From: Craspedostauros australis
Taxonomy: Eukaryota
NCBI GenBank assembly: GCA_030167865.1
Contig: JALAGF010000480.1
Location: 1-64,000, forward strand
DNA length: 64,000 bases
Direction: 5' to 3'
In this document: piece after piece, positions 1 through 10,901 of the stretch
Layout: each line of letters starts with the position of its first letter
How positions within the stretch are numbered: the first letter of the stretch is position 1
The notes under the pieces: model-generated
Told to the model about the DNA's origin: nothing
The model's input: the letters and a program-made list of their open reading frames with translations, nothing else
The model's database searches: none
Made by a program: the position numbers and the translations under genes

Positions 1-628
1 ATGTGTGGAAGAATGCGTTATGGTTCGCGAAGAGCGTGATGAGAGCCGTGATGGCCACAATAGACGCGTAGAGGTAGCCTTCGGCTCGTGAGAGGTTGCC
101 TTCGAAGTATTCGACGAGCTGTCCCAGCGCCAGCGATTGGCCAATCCTGGCCACGGAGAGCGTGAGCATCATCGGCTGCACGAACCACATCTTGGCCAAC
201 GCGAGCTTGAGGATTGCCATCTTGAGATTGGGCGATCGACCAGCGGCAGCCGCAAGCCGTTGCTCCTGTGCCCACAGATCGTTCATCATTCGGAGGTTGA
301 ACTCGGACGTCTCCTTCTCCGCCAGATGAGGAAGATCAATCTCCTTCAGGTCCTGGTTCTGCAACCCCTTGTTGAGCAAAGGCATCACCCACGAGAAGGT
401 GAGCCGCGTCCACAAGGAAGAGNTTTCCAGCAGATTCCGCGGTCGCTGCTCAGTTGCGGCATCGCTGTTGCGAGGATGGGTCTGTGTGTGAGTGTCAGCG
501 TGGATGTTTGTATGGATGTTCACATGGATGTTTGCATTCGCAGTTGAACGTGTTTGGGGATCGGTTGGACTGCTTTCTTCGTTGATTCCACCATCACGCA
601 TGGGTTCGCCACCACCGTCTTCTGACAT
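1..628 (-). CDS. ABC transporter, ABCC/MRP family (5' part, runs off the window start)
   Basis: Not in the ORF track. Hand translation from ATG 628 gives MSEDGGGEPM...RNLLEXSSLWTRLTFSWVMPLLNKGLQNQDLKEIDLPHL...LWAQEQ...ARIGQSLALGQLVEYF...GYLYAS. This is the ABCC L0/lasso motif followed by the first TMD1 helices. An ambiguous base N at 423 lies in the frame. Confidence 0.85.
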   Translation of the reverse strand, partial: MSEDGGGEPMRDGGINEESSPTDPQTRSTANANIHVNIHTNIHADTHTQTHPRNSDAATEQRPRNLLEXSSLWTRLTFSWVMPLLNKGLQNQDLKEIDLPHLAEKETSEFNLRMMNDLWAQEQRLAAAAGRSPNLKMAILKLALAKMWFVQPMMLTLSVARIGQSLALGQLVEYFEGNLSRAEGYLYASIVAITALITLFANHNAFFHT

Positions 629-818
629 CTCGAAGATCAGGTGCAGTGATTTGCCTTGACACTCTGGTGCTGTCTGCTCTGTCGATTTGTTTGGTCCGTT
701 TGTATTGATCGTTGCTTGCAAGATTGTGTACCATGTGAGCAATAAGACGTCGAGGTTGGCATCCGCAATTGAGTGCTCCTTCTCTGCCTCTCTGGGTGTG
801 AGCAAGCTTTTCTTTCCC

Positions 819-855
819 TCTATCTATCTATCTCTCTCTCTCTCTCTCTTCTCTC
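819..855. repeat. (TATC)n/(TC)n microsatellite
   Basis: Directly visible run tctatctatctatctctctctctctctctctct. Confidence 0.9.
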
Positions 856-1450
856 TTTTATGAGCTCCGCAGGTGCTGCTCGGTCTCACGATGCACAAGA
901 ACGGCTTGGGCAGTTCGTGCCCTCTCCTGAACGCGAAGACTTTCGATGGGTGGCTCGATTTGTGTGATCGGCGAGGTTGATGACCATTTTTGTGAGGTGG
1001 TGGGAGATGGTTCTCGGCGAGTTGACGCCTTTTCTTCTTGCTTCTTTCTTGAACCAGTGGTCGAATTCGTGATTGGGAAAGTTCAACAACAAAACATCAC
1101 ACGCTACGAGTACGACTACTCGTGCGAGTAGAGACATAGGTAGGGTCGAACACTCTGCTGCAATGGTCTAAACTCGAAGTGGTTGGTTTGCGTTCATTGT
1201 TCCAGGACAAGGTCCAATGTTTCATTGCAGAAGAGTATTATACTATGCGCCTGCTGTTATCGTACTTTAAGTTGCTTTTGCGGTCGTCCACAAGTAGCAC
1301 AGTCGTCGTCACCATTGCCGCAGCTCGCATCTGTTGGCCTCTCCACCATTCACTTCACCACCAGTTGCCTGTAGCATCGCAGCAACTCTACCACTCTCAC
1401 GGAAGCAAGCACGGACCGTGCGGTAAGCGTCAGAGCGCGCACGCATGCGC

Positions 1451-2137
1451 TCAGATCCCGGCATTGAACTCCACCGGCTTCCCGATGAGAGCATTGATCA
1501 TGTACGGATCATGGGACGGCAGCATCTCATGCACCATCATGGCAAGGATGCCCATCATCGCGGCTCGTCCGTTGTTGAGCTCCACCCCGCGCTTGCGTTC
1601 CTTCTCTTCCGGCGAGAACACGTCCCAACCAAAGTCGATGAAACCGTTGCGGAAATCTCCGACGAACTCTCCCGTGCCTGTCACGTCCTTCATGACGGCG
1701 AGTTCCAGGATACCGACGAATAGGAAGAGCTGCAGCAAGCCGAGACTCGGGACCTGCAGCAGTCCCTCGATACCGGCCGGGATGGAAGCGAACGACGTGC
1801 CGTGAAGATCGATGTCGCCCGGCAATCGAACGTTGGCCGCCGTGATCATGTGCCCTACGACCGCCAGCATGGCGATGCGACCGTGCTTGATCTCGACGTA
1901 TCGCAATCGATTGAACCGGGCGTCATCGGCTTCTTCCAGCAACCCGAGGGGATCGAAGAATCCGATGGGAGGTTGGGCGCCGATCTCGTTCTCGAAGGTG
2001 GTCGCGGCGAGTTTCGATCGGAGGGAACGTCCTGCACGTTGCGACGGTTCGCATGAGAATGCATGGACGGTGCTGGCCTGCTGCACGGCTGCAATGCAGG
2101 CAGCGAGACCGAGGGTTGCGATGCTCTTGGAGATCAT
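1451..2137 (-). CDS. Lhcf: Fucoxanthin-chlorophyll a/c binding light-harvesting protein (Lhcf type), plastid-targeted
   Basis: Motifs FENEIGAQPPIGFFDPLG, RLRYVEIKHGRIAMLA and ELNNGRAAMMGILAMMVHE; signal peptide ending ...VHA-F. Single exon, 228 aa. Confidence 0.95.
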   Translation of the reverse strand: MISKSIATLGLAACIAAVQQASTVHAFSCEPSQRAGRSLRSKLAATTFENEIGAQPPIGFFDPLGLLEEADDARFNRLRYVEIKHGRIAMLAVVGHMITAANVRLPGDIDLHGTSFASIPAGIEGLLQVPSLGLLQLFLFVGILELAVMKDVTGTGEFVGDFRNGFIDFGWDVFSPEEKERKRGVELNNGRAAMMGILAMMVHEMLPSHDPYMINALIGKPVEFNAGI

Positions 2138-3419
2138 GGTGGTTTCTAGTTTTGCTCGTCTGTGCTTGTCTGTGCTTGTCTTGTGCTTCTTTGCTGTCGC
2201 TGTGTTGGAATGCTCTTGTGCAAGAACAGTTCAGTGCAATCGCCAGAATGTACGGGATGTGGTGCGGCCTTTGATGGGAGACGAGCAGCTCGAGAGGCTC
2301 CGATGCCTGTCCATGATGGATCTTCCCGAGAATCCTTGTCGGTATCCTTGGCTGTGTGTGGCTCTCTGCAGCGTGTTCGCTTCCATCATGTCCGTATCTT
2401 GGGTTCCGATGCCTTCTGTTCTTTGTCGAATTCCCTGTTTCGATTTCATTCCCGTGTGTGTTGGAATCCCGGAGGCAGATGCGATGGTCAAAGGTACATT
2501 ATTAGCCCTTAGTGACAACACGACTTCCACGTCTCGAATGTTGGAGTTCATCGACGTCAGTGATTGACACACGAACGCGAATCTGAAAGGGATGAGGTGA
2601 GCCGTGGAAAAAAACGACGTCGTTGATCGTACGAATGACCGAACTCTTTCCCTGCTGGCAACGATGACGATGACAACGATGACGGCGACGATGACGATCA
2701 TGCAGCTCGTTGTCGTCGGTATCTTGGGATCTGTCGTCGTCTGCTTGCTGTTTTTGTGGTCAACACCTCACAAACACAAAAAGAGACGGACGAGAATACG
2801 ACCTGAGAATTCACTGTCCACCCCTGAGCTCATAATCTCCCCTCTTGTCCTGCTTCCCAAGCAACACCCACAGCCACCATGTCCGACAAATTCGATAGCG
2901 TACGTTGATTACGAGAACACAAGCCTTGACAGATGTGTTGACAGATGCGATGACAGATGCGAGGGTGCATTCAAGCGAAGGACCTTGGCAGACGGATCTT
3001 CACGTGACAGTCATTGGTGTTGCAGATTCGACTGGGGTGTCCCGGAAGATCCTCCGTTGTGCAATCAGATAAGACGGAAAGCATCAGTGCGTTCGTTGCA
3101 TGCATCGCACGGATGCAAACCATGCAATGACGCAACTGCATAATTCGACCATGTCGTTCGCCCACGAATGTAAAGTCGTCTCCGCTGGCTTTTCTCATCT
3201 TTCAACCTCCGTCACCGTCTCCACCTCTGCATTTAATTCCATTTCATCGTTGGCTTGGTTCCGCTCTCATGGACGTTGCGGCGATGCTCAACGACGCCCC
3301 GAATCACGCCCGATGTCATTGGAAATACTGTTGCCGCCGTTGCCAATGCTCTAATGCCATACCCAAATGCCGCGCCGATGACACGCCAATACCACACAAA
3401 TATATTATGACAATCACAG

Positions 3420-4424
3420 GATGCCAAGACCCTCAATCGGTTCGTCATGGCATCTGTCCATGACCACGATCTGGTCATCCTCATGAATGCCATCGCCACA
3501 TCCTGCAAGCTCATTACATCCGCGGTGCAGCGAGCTGGTGTCGCCAAGCTTTACGGTTTGGCAGGTGAGGTCAACAGCACCGGCGACGACCAGAAGAAGC
3601 TCGATGTCCTGTCCAACGACATGATGATCAACGCTCTCGTCAACTCCGGAGTTTGCAGCGTCCTCGTCTCTGAGGAGAACGAGGAACCAATCATCGTCCC
3701 ACCGGGCAAGCAGGGAAAATTCTGCGTCGCATTCGATCCTCTCGATGGCAGCTCCAACATCGACTGCAACGTCAGTGTCGGCACCATCTTCTGCGTTTAC
3801 GAGAAGAAGCCAGGCAGCGACGGCACCGTCGACGATCTTCTGCGATCCGGAGCCGACTGCATCTGCGCCGGATACGTTACCTACAGTTCCGCCGTCGAGA
3901 TGGTCTTCACCTTCAAGGGCGGCGACGTGCACGGATTCTGCCTCGACAGCACCATCGGTGAATTCGTCCACACGCGCGAGAAGATGGTCTTCCCACAGGA
4001 CGGTGGCAAAACCATCTACTCCGCCAACGAGGGAAACTCCACCCACTGGGACGAGCCAATCCAGGAGGCCATCAAGGTCTTCAAGGACGGACAGAAACCA
4101 TACTCGGCACGTTACGTCGGATCCATGGTGGCGGACATCCACCGCACCATCCTGTACGGTGGCATCTACATGTACCCCGCCGACAAGAAATCGCCAAAGG
4201 GCAAGCTCCGATTGCTCTACGAAGGCATCCCAATGGCCATGATCATCGAGCAGGCCGGCGGCATCGCCTCCACCGGTATGTTCGATGGCAAGATCCAGAA
4301 TGTCATCGACCTCCTCCCAGACGAAATCCACGCCAAGTGCCCCATCATCATGGGTGGCAAGCGCGATGTGCAGATCGTCTTCGATCAGTACAAGAAGGCC
4401 GGATTTGATGTTCCAACTCTGTAA
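3420..4424 (+). CDS. FBP: Fructose-1,6-bisphosphatase class I, probably cytosolic
   Basis: Motifs NSTGDDQKKLDV, SEENE, FDPLDGSSNIDCNVSVGTIF, RYVGSMVAD and GKLRLLYE. The frame extends upstream of ATG 3447 to a cag acceptor at 3417-3419 (DAKTLNRFVM). A small 5' exon (candidate ATG 3151) is likely but unresolved. Confidence 0.95.
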   Translation, partial: DAKTLNRFVMASVHDHDLVILMNAIATSCKLITSAVQRAGVAKLYGLAGEVNSTGDDQKKLDVLSNDMMINALVNSGVCSVLVSEENEEPIIVPPGKQGKFCVAFDPLDGSSNIDCNVSVGTIFCVYEKKPGSDGTVDDLLRSGADCICAGYVTYSSAVEMVFTFKGGDVHGFCLDSTIGEFVHTREKMVFPQDGGKTIYSANEGNSTHWDEPIQEAIKVFKDGQKPYSARYVGSMVADIHRTILYGGIYMYPADKKSPKGKLRLLYEGIPMAMIIEQAGGIASTGMFDGKIQNVIDLLPDEIHAKCPIIMGGKRDVQIVFDQYKKAGFDVPTL

Positions 4425-4912
4425 ATCTCGCCTTGCAAGCAAGCCATTTCGTGATTGGCAGGAATGCAGCAGAAGCAATGGAAACCTCCACCACGAACAC
4501 CATGGACAAAGCAAGATGAAACATAACCGCAATAACATTCGCCATTCGCTACATTACTAGTACGGCTACAGCCAAGTTAGATAAAACTGACGTGCTTGTC
4601 ATGCCATGCCTTGATGTGTCCGGGTGCGAGGCAATTCGTCGGTAGTGCTTCTGTTTCTTCGGTCAGCGTGACAAACCCGAATCGTTTCAACGTTCTTGCC
4701 AGTGGACGCACATCATGGTAGCGGTCACCAATCGAGCTGTCCAAGCTTGCCAAGGGAAAAATCGGCAAGATCGCTCGTTCATATGTCATGCCATGTACGT
4801 TGACAACCGTGAAACCAAATGGGAGGGGGAGGGAGTAGACAAAGAGCATACTACCATGCATACTCAACTCAACTCTACATCGCATTATTCTCTTGTATGT
4901 ACACGTCTGTGC

Positions 4913-7900
4913 TCACTTGTCCAGCGTCAAATTGCCTGCCGACATCAAAGCCCACAGCTGTTTCTCGGAATTCGCTGGAGTCGTGGTAACCTCCAAAGAT
5001 GCCGGCTGCGATGGGACAGGAGTTTGGTCGGTGGGCGCGTTGTACCGCACACGTTCGTACTTCAGTCGCAGCAAGGATCCCGACAGCTCCTTTTCCAACG
5101 ACAGACGCGATCCCGTGCGCAGCAAGGCCTGGAGGAGGCTGTACAAGGACGATCCCACATCATGCGTGTCAGACCACAGCGCCAGCGCGCGCAGCATGTT
5201 ATTTGGGTCCACTTCGTCACCCAAGAATCGAATCAATTCAATCATCCTTGGATGGCACGAATCTGCCTGCTCCGGCAAGTCTGCCTGCCACAGCTCCAAA
5301 ATGCGGTGCAGCTCGCGGGGCACGTTGACGATTGGCCCTGCGTCCTTGGGTTGCTCCAGTCGATCCATCCTTTGGTACAGCTTGATGATGCGCGCCAACA
5401 TTTTGAAGCTCTCCGTCCGGCGATTTGCTGCTCGGCCTTGCTCCAATGCCTGATGATACAGAGTACGCAACGTGGCAGCAAGGTGCTGCAACACTTCGCG
5501 AGATTTGGTCTTCGGATCGCGGCTTTCGATGGTTTCCGTTGCTGTGCGCATTGGACAACGGTACAGCGTAGAAAAAAATTGAATACGTAGATAGAACAGT
5601 ACAGAATGCAAATGGGTGGATCAACGAATCCGTGGGTGAGTGTGCGAGCTGGTGGTGGCTTCATGCAATACGTATATTCATGGCATGCATACAAAATGTA
5701 AACGAAATGAAGTTGCGCAAATCAAAGCGATGCATTGGCTTACCTAGATCCAAAGCGAGATTTTGCTTGTTGATGTTCATTGCGATATTCAGAAGCATGA
5801 TGAGATCTCGCTTGTATGCGAGATGGGTGCTGGATGACTTCGATGCGATGGCAAAGAAGTTTTGCAACCGACCCTTGTCGAGTTTGCCATCGTCGGCTTT
5901 CTCCACAGACAGATTGCAGAATTCCTGTTCGGCAGGCGAATGTTTGCGAGCAAATGGTTGGCATGAAAAGAAAGAGAGACATTCGGGCCATAGCCGTTGC
6001 GTGGGTTGTATGAGGTGAGCAATAAATAGTGAGCAATAAGCAATGATGATCATGATGATGCTGGTAATCGTGCATTTGCACAGCATGACGCAGAACTCAG
6101 GATGGAGAGAATATCATCGGGAGCGAAGACTTAGAATCATACTGCCACCAGCCAACCACCACTGTCGAGACGTACCTCCACCAATTTCAAATCTCGTCTT
6201 GCATGCGAATGCCCATTCATTGGGTCCAACAGCTCGGATAGATACGCGTAGAACAAACCCTTCAGATCTTCCGCGGACACTTGCTTCTTGTCCGACTTGA
6301 CTTCTTCAGCTGGGTTCTGCTTGCTGTCATCGTCGACGTCGTCAGTGGTGGTACCTGTCTTGCTGCGTTGCGTTTCCACCCGGCATGCCTTGCGCACTTG
6401 CCATGGCTGCACATCTGGATATGCGGTTACGGAAAGGTTGATCAACGCGTTGCGCCTTTCGACTCTCAGCTCGAATGGAATATCGCCGAGGGCGGAAACA
6501 ACCGCCGATAGCTTGGCCTGTTGCGAGCAATTGTACGACAGAGTGAGTATCAAATGAATTGCATCCATTTGTGGAGAATATGGATTTAGAATCAATACGT
6601 TACAAAACGGCGAGAAGTGAGAACTCGTTTTGTGTAGCAAGGATACAATCAACATCACTTTCTGGAGGCATGAACAACAGAAGGCACAATGTATCGCAGG
6701 CACCATGCTTACCGAGTTGTAGAATGTCAAGGTGTTGGCTCTTTGGATTTCTTTGGACGCATCCTTGTGCCCGATGTCATTGAGTGCCAACCTCAGTAGC
6801 TCATCAATGATACGCTCAGCTCGGATGGACGCTGCGTAGGACAAAGACGCTTGCATATGCAGGTAGGACCCGTACTTTTGGATGAACGTCACGCACTCCG
6901 TGATGGCCCCTTCGGCTTCCTTGGGCAGAATGCTTTGCGCATGCTCTGAGCATGCGGGCAACAGCTTTTGCGTGAAGTAGAATGTCACAAGAAAGCATCT
7001 GTTTGATGTGTTGCGATGTGATGCAGAAACGAGGAAGAAAGTTTGAAATATGCGAGGACATAGCATGGCGCGATTGGAGCAGTGACAAGAGACAGTGAGG
7101 ATTCCGGCGATTATCGAGGCGAAGTGTTGCATTTCAATGTCCAACGTGCAAGCTCAAGTGTAAGAGGCAGCCACAGGATACGTTCTGGAGCATTTGTTCT
7201 GCACACCACAGAGATGGCTCGTCCTCGATAAAAATGACAAATACGACAGAACGCCACGTAACACAACGCAACACAATACAATCACATGGCGCACACGCGT
7301 GCATATGAAGATGCTGCACGTCCCACTCACGCTTCGGCTCTGGCCTCGACGTCTAGCTCCTGATCTTCGATTCGTTCCTGCAGGCTCTTCTTCGCCAACG
7401 CTGCGGGGGAGCGGCCAGTCTCTCCGCTGTCCAATGTGAGGCTGTCATCCGAGAACGTCGTTGCACCTGCACCAACATGGGAACTGCCTCCGGGCAGCTT
7501 GACGCGCGGCCACAGCACACGTCGGTGCTCCCATGGCAATGGCCGGAAGGACTTGAGCCATATCGGAAGACTGTGCTCCAACAAAAACTGCGTTGCCAAG
7601 AGCACTTCCGCGTCCTGCGACTTGCGCTGCTGGCTGCTGAGCGCGTGAAAGCCGACGCTGGATTGGACGGACGGCGCGGCCGACTGCTGCCCGGTGATCG
7701 TGATTTCATCCGGCGCGGATGTCGCCACGTTGGTCGTCAGGTCGAACAGGACGGACGTGACTTCGTCCGGTGGCAACGCATGCGTCTTCTTCTTCTTGAT
7801 GACCTTGGATATCTTCTCACCGAACAGGAACGCGCCCAGCTCGTTCGATATGACCGCATTCATGTCTTGCGGACCCTCAACTTTCTCCTCTTCCACGATT

Positions 7901-9939
7901 TCGTCACGCCCGCTTTCCATCTCGTCGACCGCATTCTTCAGCGTCTCCAGCACCTGCTTCTTCCAGATCTCGTCGTGTGCCGCGAGACCCAGCAGGAGCT
8001 CATCGCCGTCGACCTCCTCGTCGGATCCGCTGCCGTGAGAGTTGAGGCTGTCGTCGTCATCGTCTTCGTCCGATTCTTCGATGGGATTGCGGTCGAATCG
8101 CTCGCTCATTTTGTGTGCTGGCAGAGACACGGAGTCGAAGACATGGCGCCGCCTTCGGCTGGCCCCGCTTCGCAGACTCAGCGATGAATTCCAGAGCTTG
8201 AACGAGCGCATGTCCTTGCCCTTATCGGTCTCTTCGATGCTGTAGCTGATCTTGTTGAAGAGAAGCAGCGCTTTCATCCCGCGTTCGATGCGTTCTGCTG
8301 GCGTGAGCATATCATCCGTCATGGCCGTTTGCAGAGGTTCGCCGGTCACAGCAACCATCTGCAGGCGCAGCCATTCCCAGGCATCGTCATCCCACGAGAA
8401 GAATTCGCTCGTGTAGAGCTGCCTGTCCCGCTGATGGGTCTGCGCAAGGATTTTGGCGATGGCAGTGTTGGTGCCATTTCCGAACGCGGCGGAATCGGGA
8501 GAAGCAGCCTTGCCTGTCTTCGATTTTGCCTTGCCGCTTGGCGCCGGTCCTCGCAACGGGTCCACGGTGCTGCCTGCATCCACCTTGCTGCCGGCCTTGC
8601 CATCGCTGAGGGAGGTCGAGACCGCAGGTCGGTTCGCAGCATCCTGCTCACCGCTATCGTCCGCAGACGCTGTCGCATTGGGCTGGTCCAGCAATGGGAA
8701 GAGCGAGAACATTTCGTTGGCAGGATCGGTGCCGCTGGGACGTTTGCTAGAGTTGCTGGCCTGCTGGTTCTGTTCATGAGTCTTGAGCAAGTCCGTGCCA
8801 ACGCCCACCTCGAATCGCAGATCGATCGTGCGCGGGTACGCTCCGTCGCTGTCCGTTGCGCTCAAAGGTTTGAGGCCCTCCATGAGCTGATCGATGGGGA
8901 GGTCGACCAAGGAGAAGCCGTTGACGGAGAGCAGCACGTCGGCACGCTGGATGATGCCGACGAGCTGGGCGGGGGATGCACGTCCATCCACCAGTGCATT
9001 GAGATGCTGAACGATAACCTTGCCACCAACCACGATGAGCTTCATCCCTAGCGATGTGTCGCCATACACTTCGTCTTCGTCTTCTTCGTCTTCCTTGGCA
9101 TCTTCACCGTTATTGATCTGATCAGTACGACTGCGGGCGCCTCCGCTTTGTTCTTTCTTCGGTTGTTGGTGCTGAGACGGCGTTTCTCCGTCTTCCAATT
9201 TCCGAATGGCCCTCCTTCGGATGGTGACTCGGTACTGCGTATTGGGGAGCGGTGGGAAGGATTGCCGTTGCCGCTGCTCCTGTTTCGGCTGATTGCTCTG
9301 CTGCTGGTCCGACTGCGCCCGCTGCGATGCAGGAGTACTGGAATCGTCTTCGTTGCTGTCCAAGGTGACTATGCGAGAGTACCGACCACCCTTCCGTCTC
9401 CGCCACCGTTTGGAGTCTGGCTTTCTGGGTCTGAAAGGCTTCGCAGATGGCTCAGCCACGGTGGAGTCATTGTCCGTCGTCCCGTCGCCCTGTGCCGCGC
9501 TCTTCCTCTTCTTCTGCTGTTGCCATGGCGCGAGTTTGCCGTTTGCTTTGAGGCTGGTGCTATCCTGCGGATTGTAACCGATGCTGTACTCTGGCTGCAT
9601 GGCCTTGCGTCTGGACTCGATCTTCTGTCGCGTGGTGGCTGCGAAGGAGTTGGTCACGCTCACGGGGTCCGTGCTAGCATTGCCATCGCCCGTTGGCTGC
9701 TTGTGCATCGGGCTGTTCGCCGCGGCGCTGTAGGTCGCCAGAGATGCTGCGGCTTGATCCGATTGTGTTTCCGCCTTCGAGGTCCGAGTGTTGCGCGCCT
9801 GGGGAGTCAACATTTGGCTGACGGCCTCGTTGGTTGTCTCCGATACCGCCATCCCCTCCGCGTGGTCTTCGTGGTTGTTGGTCTGCATCTGCTTCTGAGC
9901 AACGATGCCGCCGTTGCTGCTGCTGCCACCGTCCTCCAT
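4913..9939 (-). CDS. Large 5-exon protein of unknown function with a PDZ-like domain (~1348 aa)
   Basis: Exons 9939-7331, 6998-6713, 6517-6176, 5924-5744 and 5541-4913 join in phase through GT(G/A)AG/GTACGT donors and CAG acceptors (4047 nt in total). PDZ-like segment: SLGMKLIVVGGKVIVQHL...SPAQLVGIIQRADVLLSVNGFSLVDLPIDQLMEGLK. Confidence 0.75.
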
Positions 9940-10901
9940 GGTGTGAGCTATTCTACTATATTCTATTATGTTATGTTATATGATGTACGGGACGAGCGTG
10001 GTCCAATACGATTGCTCTCCTCGTAGGTGCAGCACAATGACTTCGTTCCGAGGTCTTCGCCCGTCTTGGTTGGAGTTACTACTAGTTCCGTTTGTGCTGA
10101 CAATGCCTTCTCTTTCGACCTTGCCTGTGTGAGGCATGCGCGATGTCCGCACGGACTTTGATCCGAAGCTTGGATACGACAATGTGATGCCGAGGTGTCT
10201 GGTGGGAGTGTGGGGGCAATGCTTTCACTTCTGTCGCGCAGAACCCTCCTTTGCGATACTCACACTCGCACACACGCTCACACCGACACACAGACCTGAC
10301 TTGAGAAACAATCCCGAAATCCTGGATACGGTGGTTCTCTCTTTGTTTCTGCCTGAATCCAAAATAGAAACGGAACTGTTTGTCTCTCTGCCCAAACAAA
10401 CAACGAACACAAAAGGAGCCACATGTGCACATGATGTGTGAGGAAACAACTACCACCAACAACATCAACAACAACAGAAGCTGCAGCCCAACCAACCAAC
10501 CAACCAAAAATCCAGCGACGGCGAAACAGCCAAAAGGCACAACACGTCGCCGACTGTTCTCCTTTTTTCCATTCGGATCTGCCAAAGTCCCTTTTCCATG
10601 ATTCTTTGTTGACGAAGTTAGACGTGTCAACGTTCACAGAGCATGGGACGGCAGATTCACTCATCCATCCATCCATCCTGCCATACTTGTGGGCACACTG
10701 CATTGTAACTCATGAATTGTATTATATGTGGATGGAAGGGATGAGCACGCCGCTCTCACAATACTAAAGCAATCTTATGTGACCGTGGCATTCAGAGGAG
10801 CAAACGTTCTACCGCCATTGTGTAATCCACCTGTTGCGGAACATGGCACCAATCTCTCTTCTGTCTGAATCTGACAGCAAACACCCGAAGGACGGCTCGT
10901 C

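Noticed and set aside
495-535. 9-bp repeat (GGATGTTxx) x3
   Set aside because: It encodes a low-complexity NIH(V/T/A) repeat in the ABCC N-terminal tail and is not a CRISPR-like or regulatory array.
886-1137. 83-aa ORF between the ABCC and Lhcf genes (similar short ORFs at 28762-29314)
   Set aside because: No recognisable motif or codon bias, so I cannot support them as genes.
3414-4538. Long antisense ORFs (also 18347-19396, 35430-36578, 43298-44302, 60925-61845)
   Set aside because: They are shadows of codon-biased, GC-rich genes on the opposite strand and carry no independent motifs.
6518-6712. Apparent non-canonical CAA acceptor or retained in-frame intron at 6569
   Set aside because: A canonical CAG acceptor at 6520-6518 gives an in-phase junction, so no anomaly needs to be invoked.
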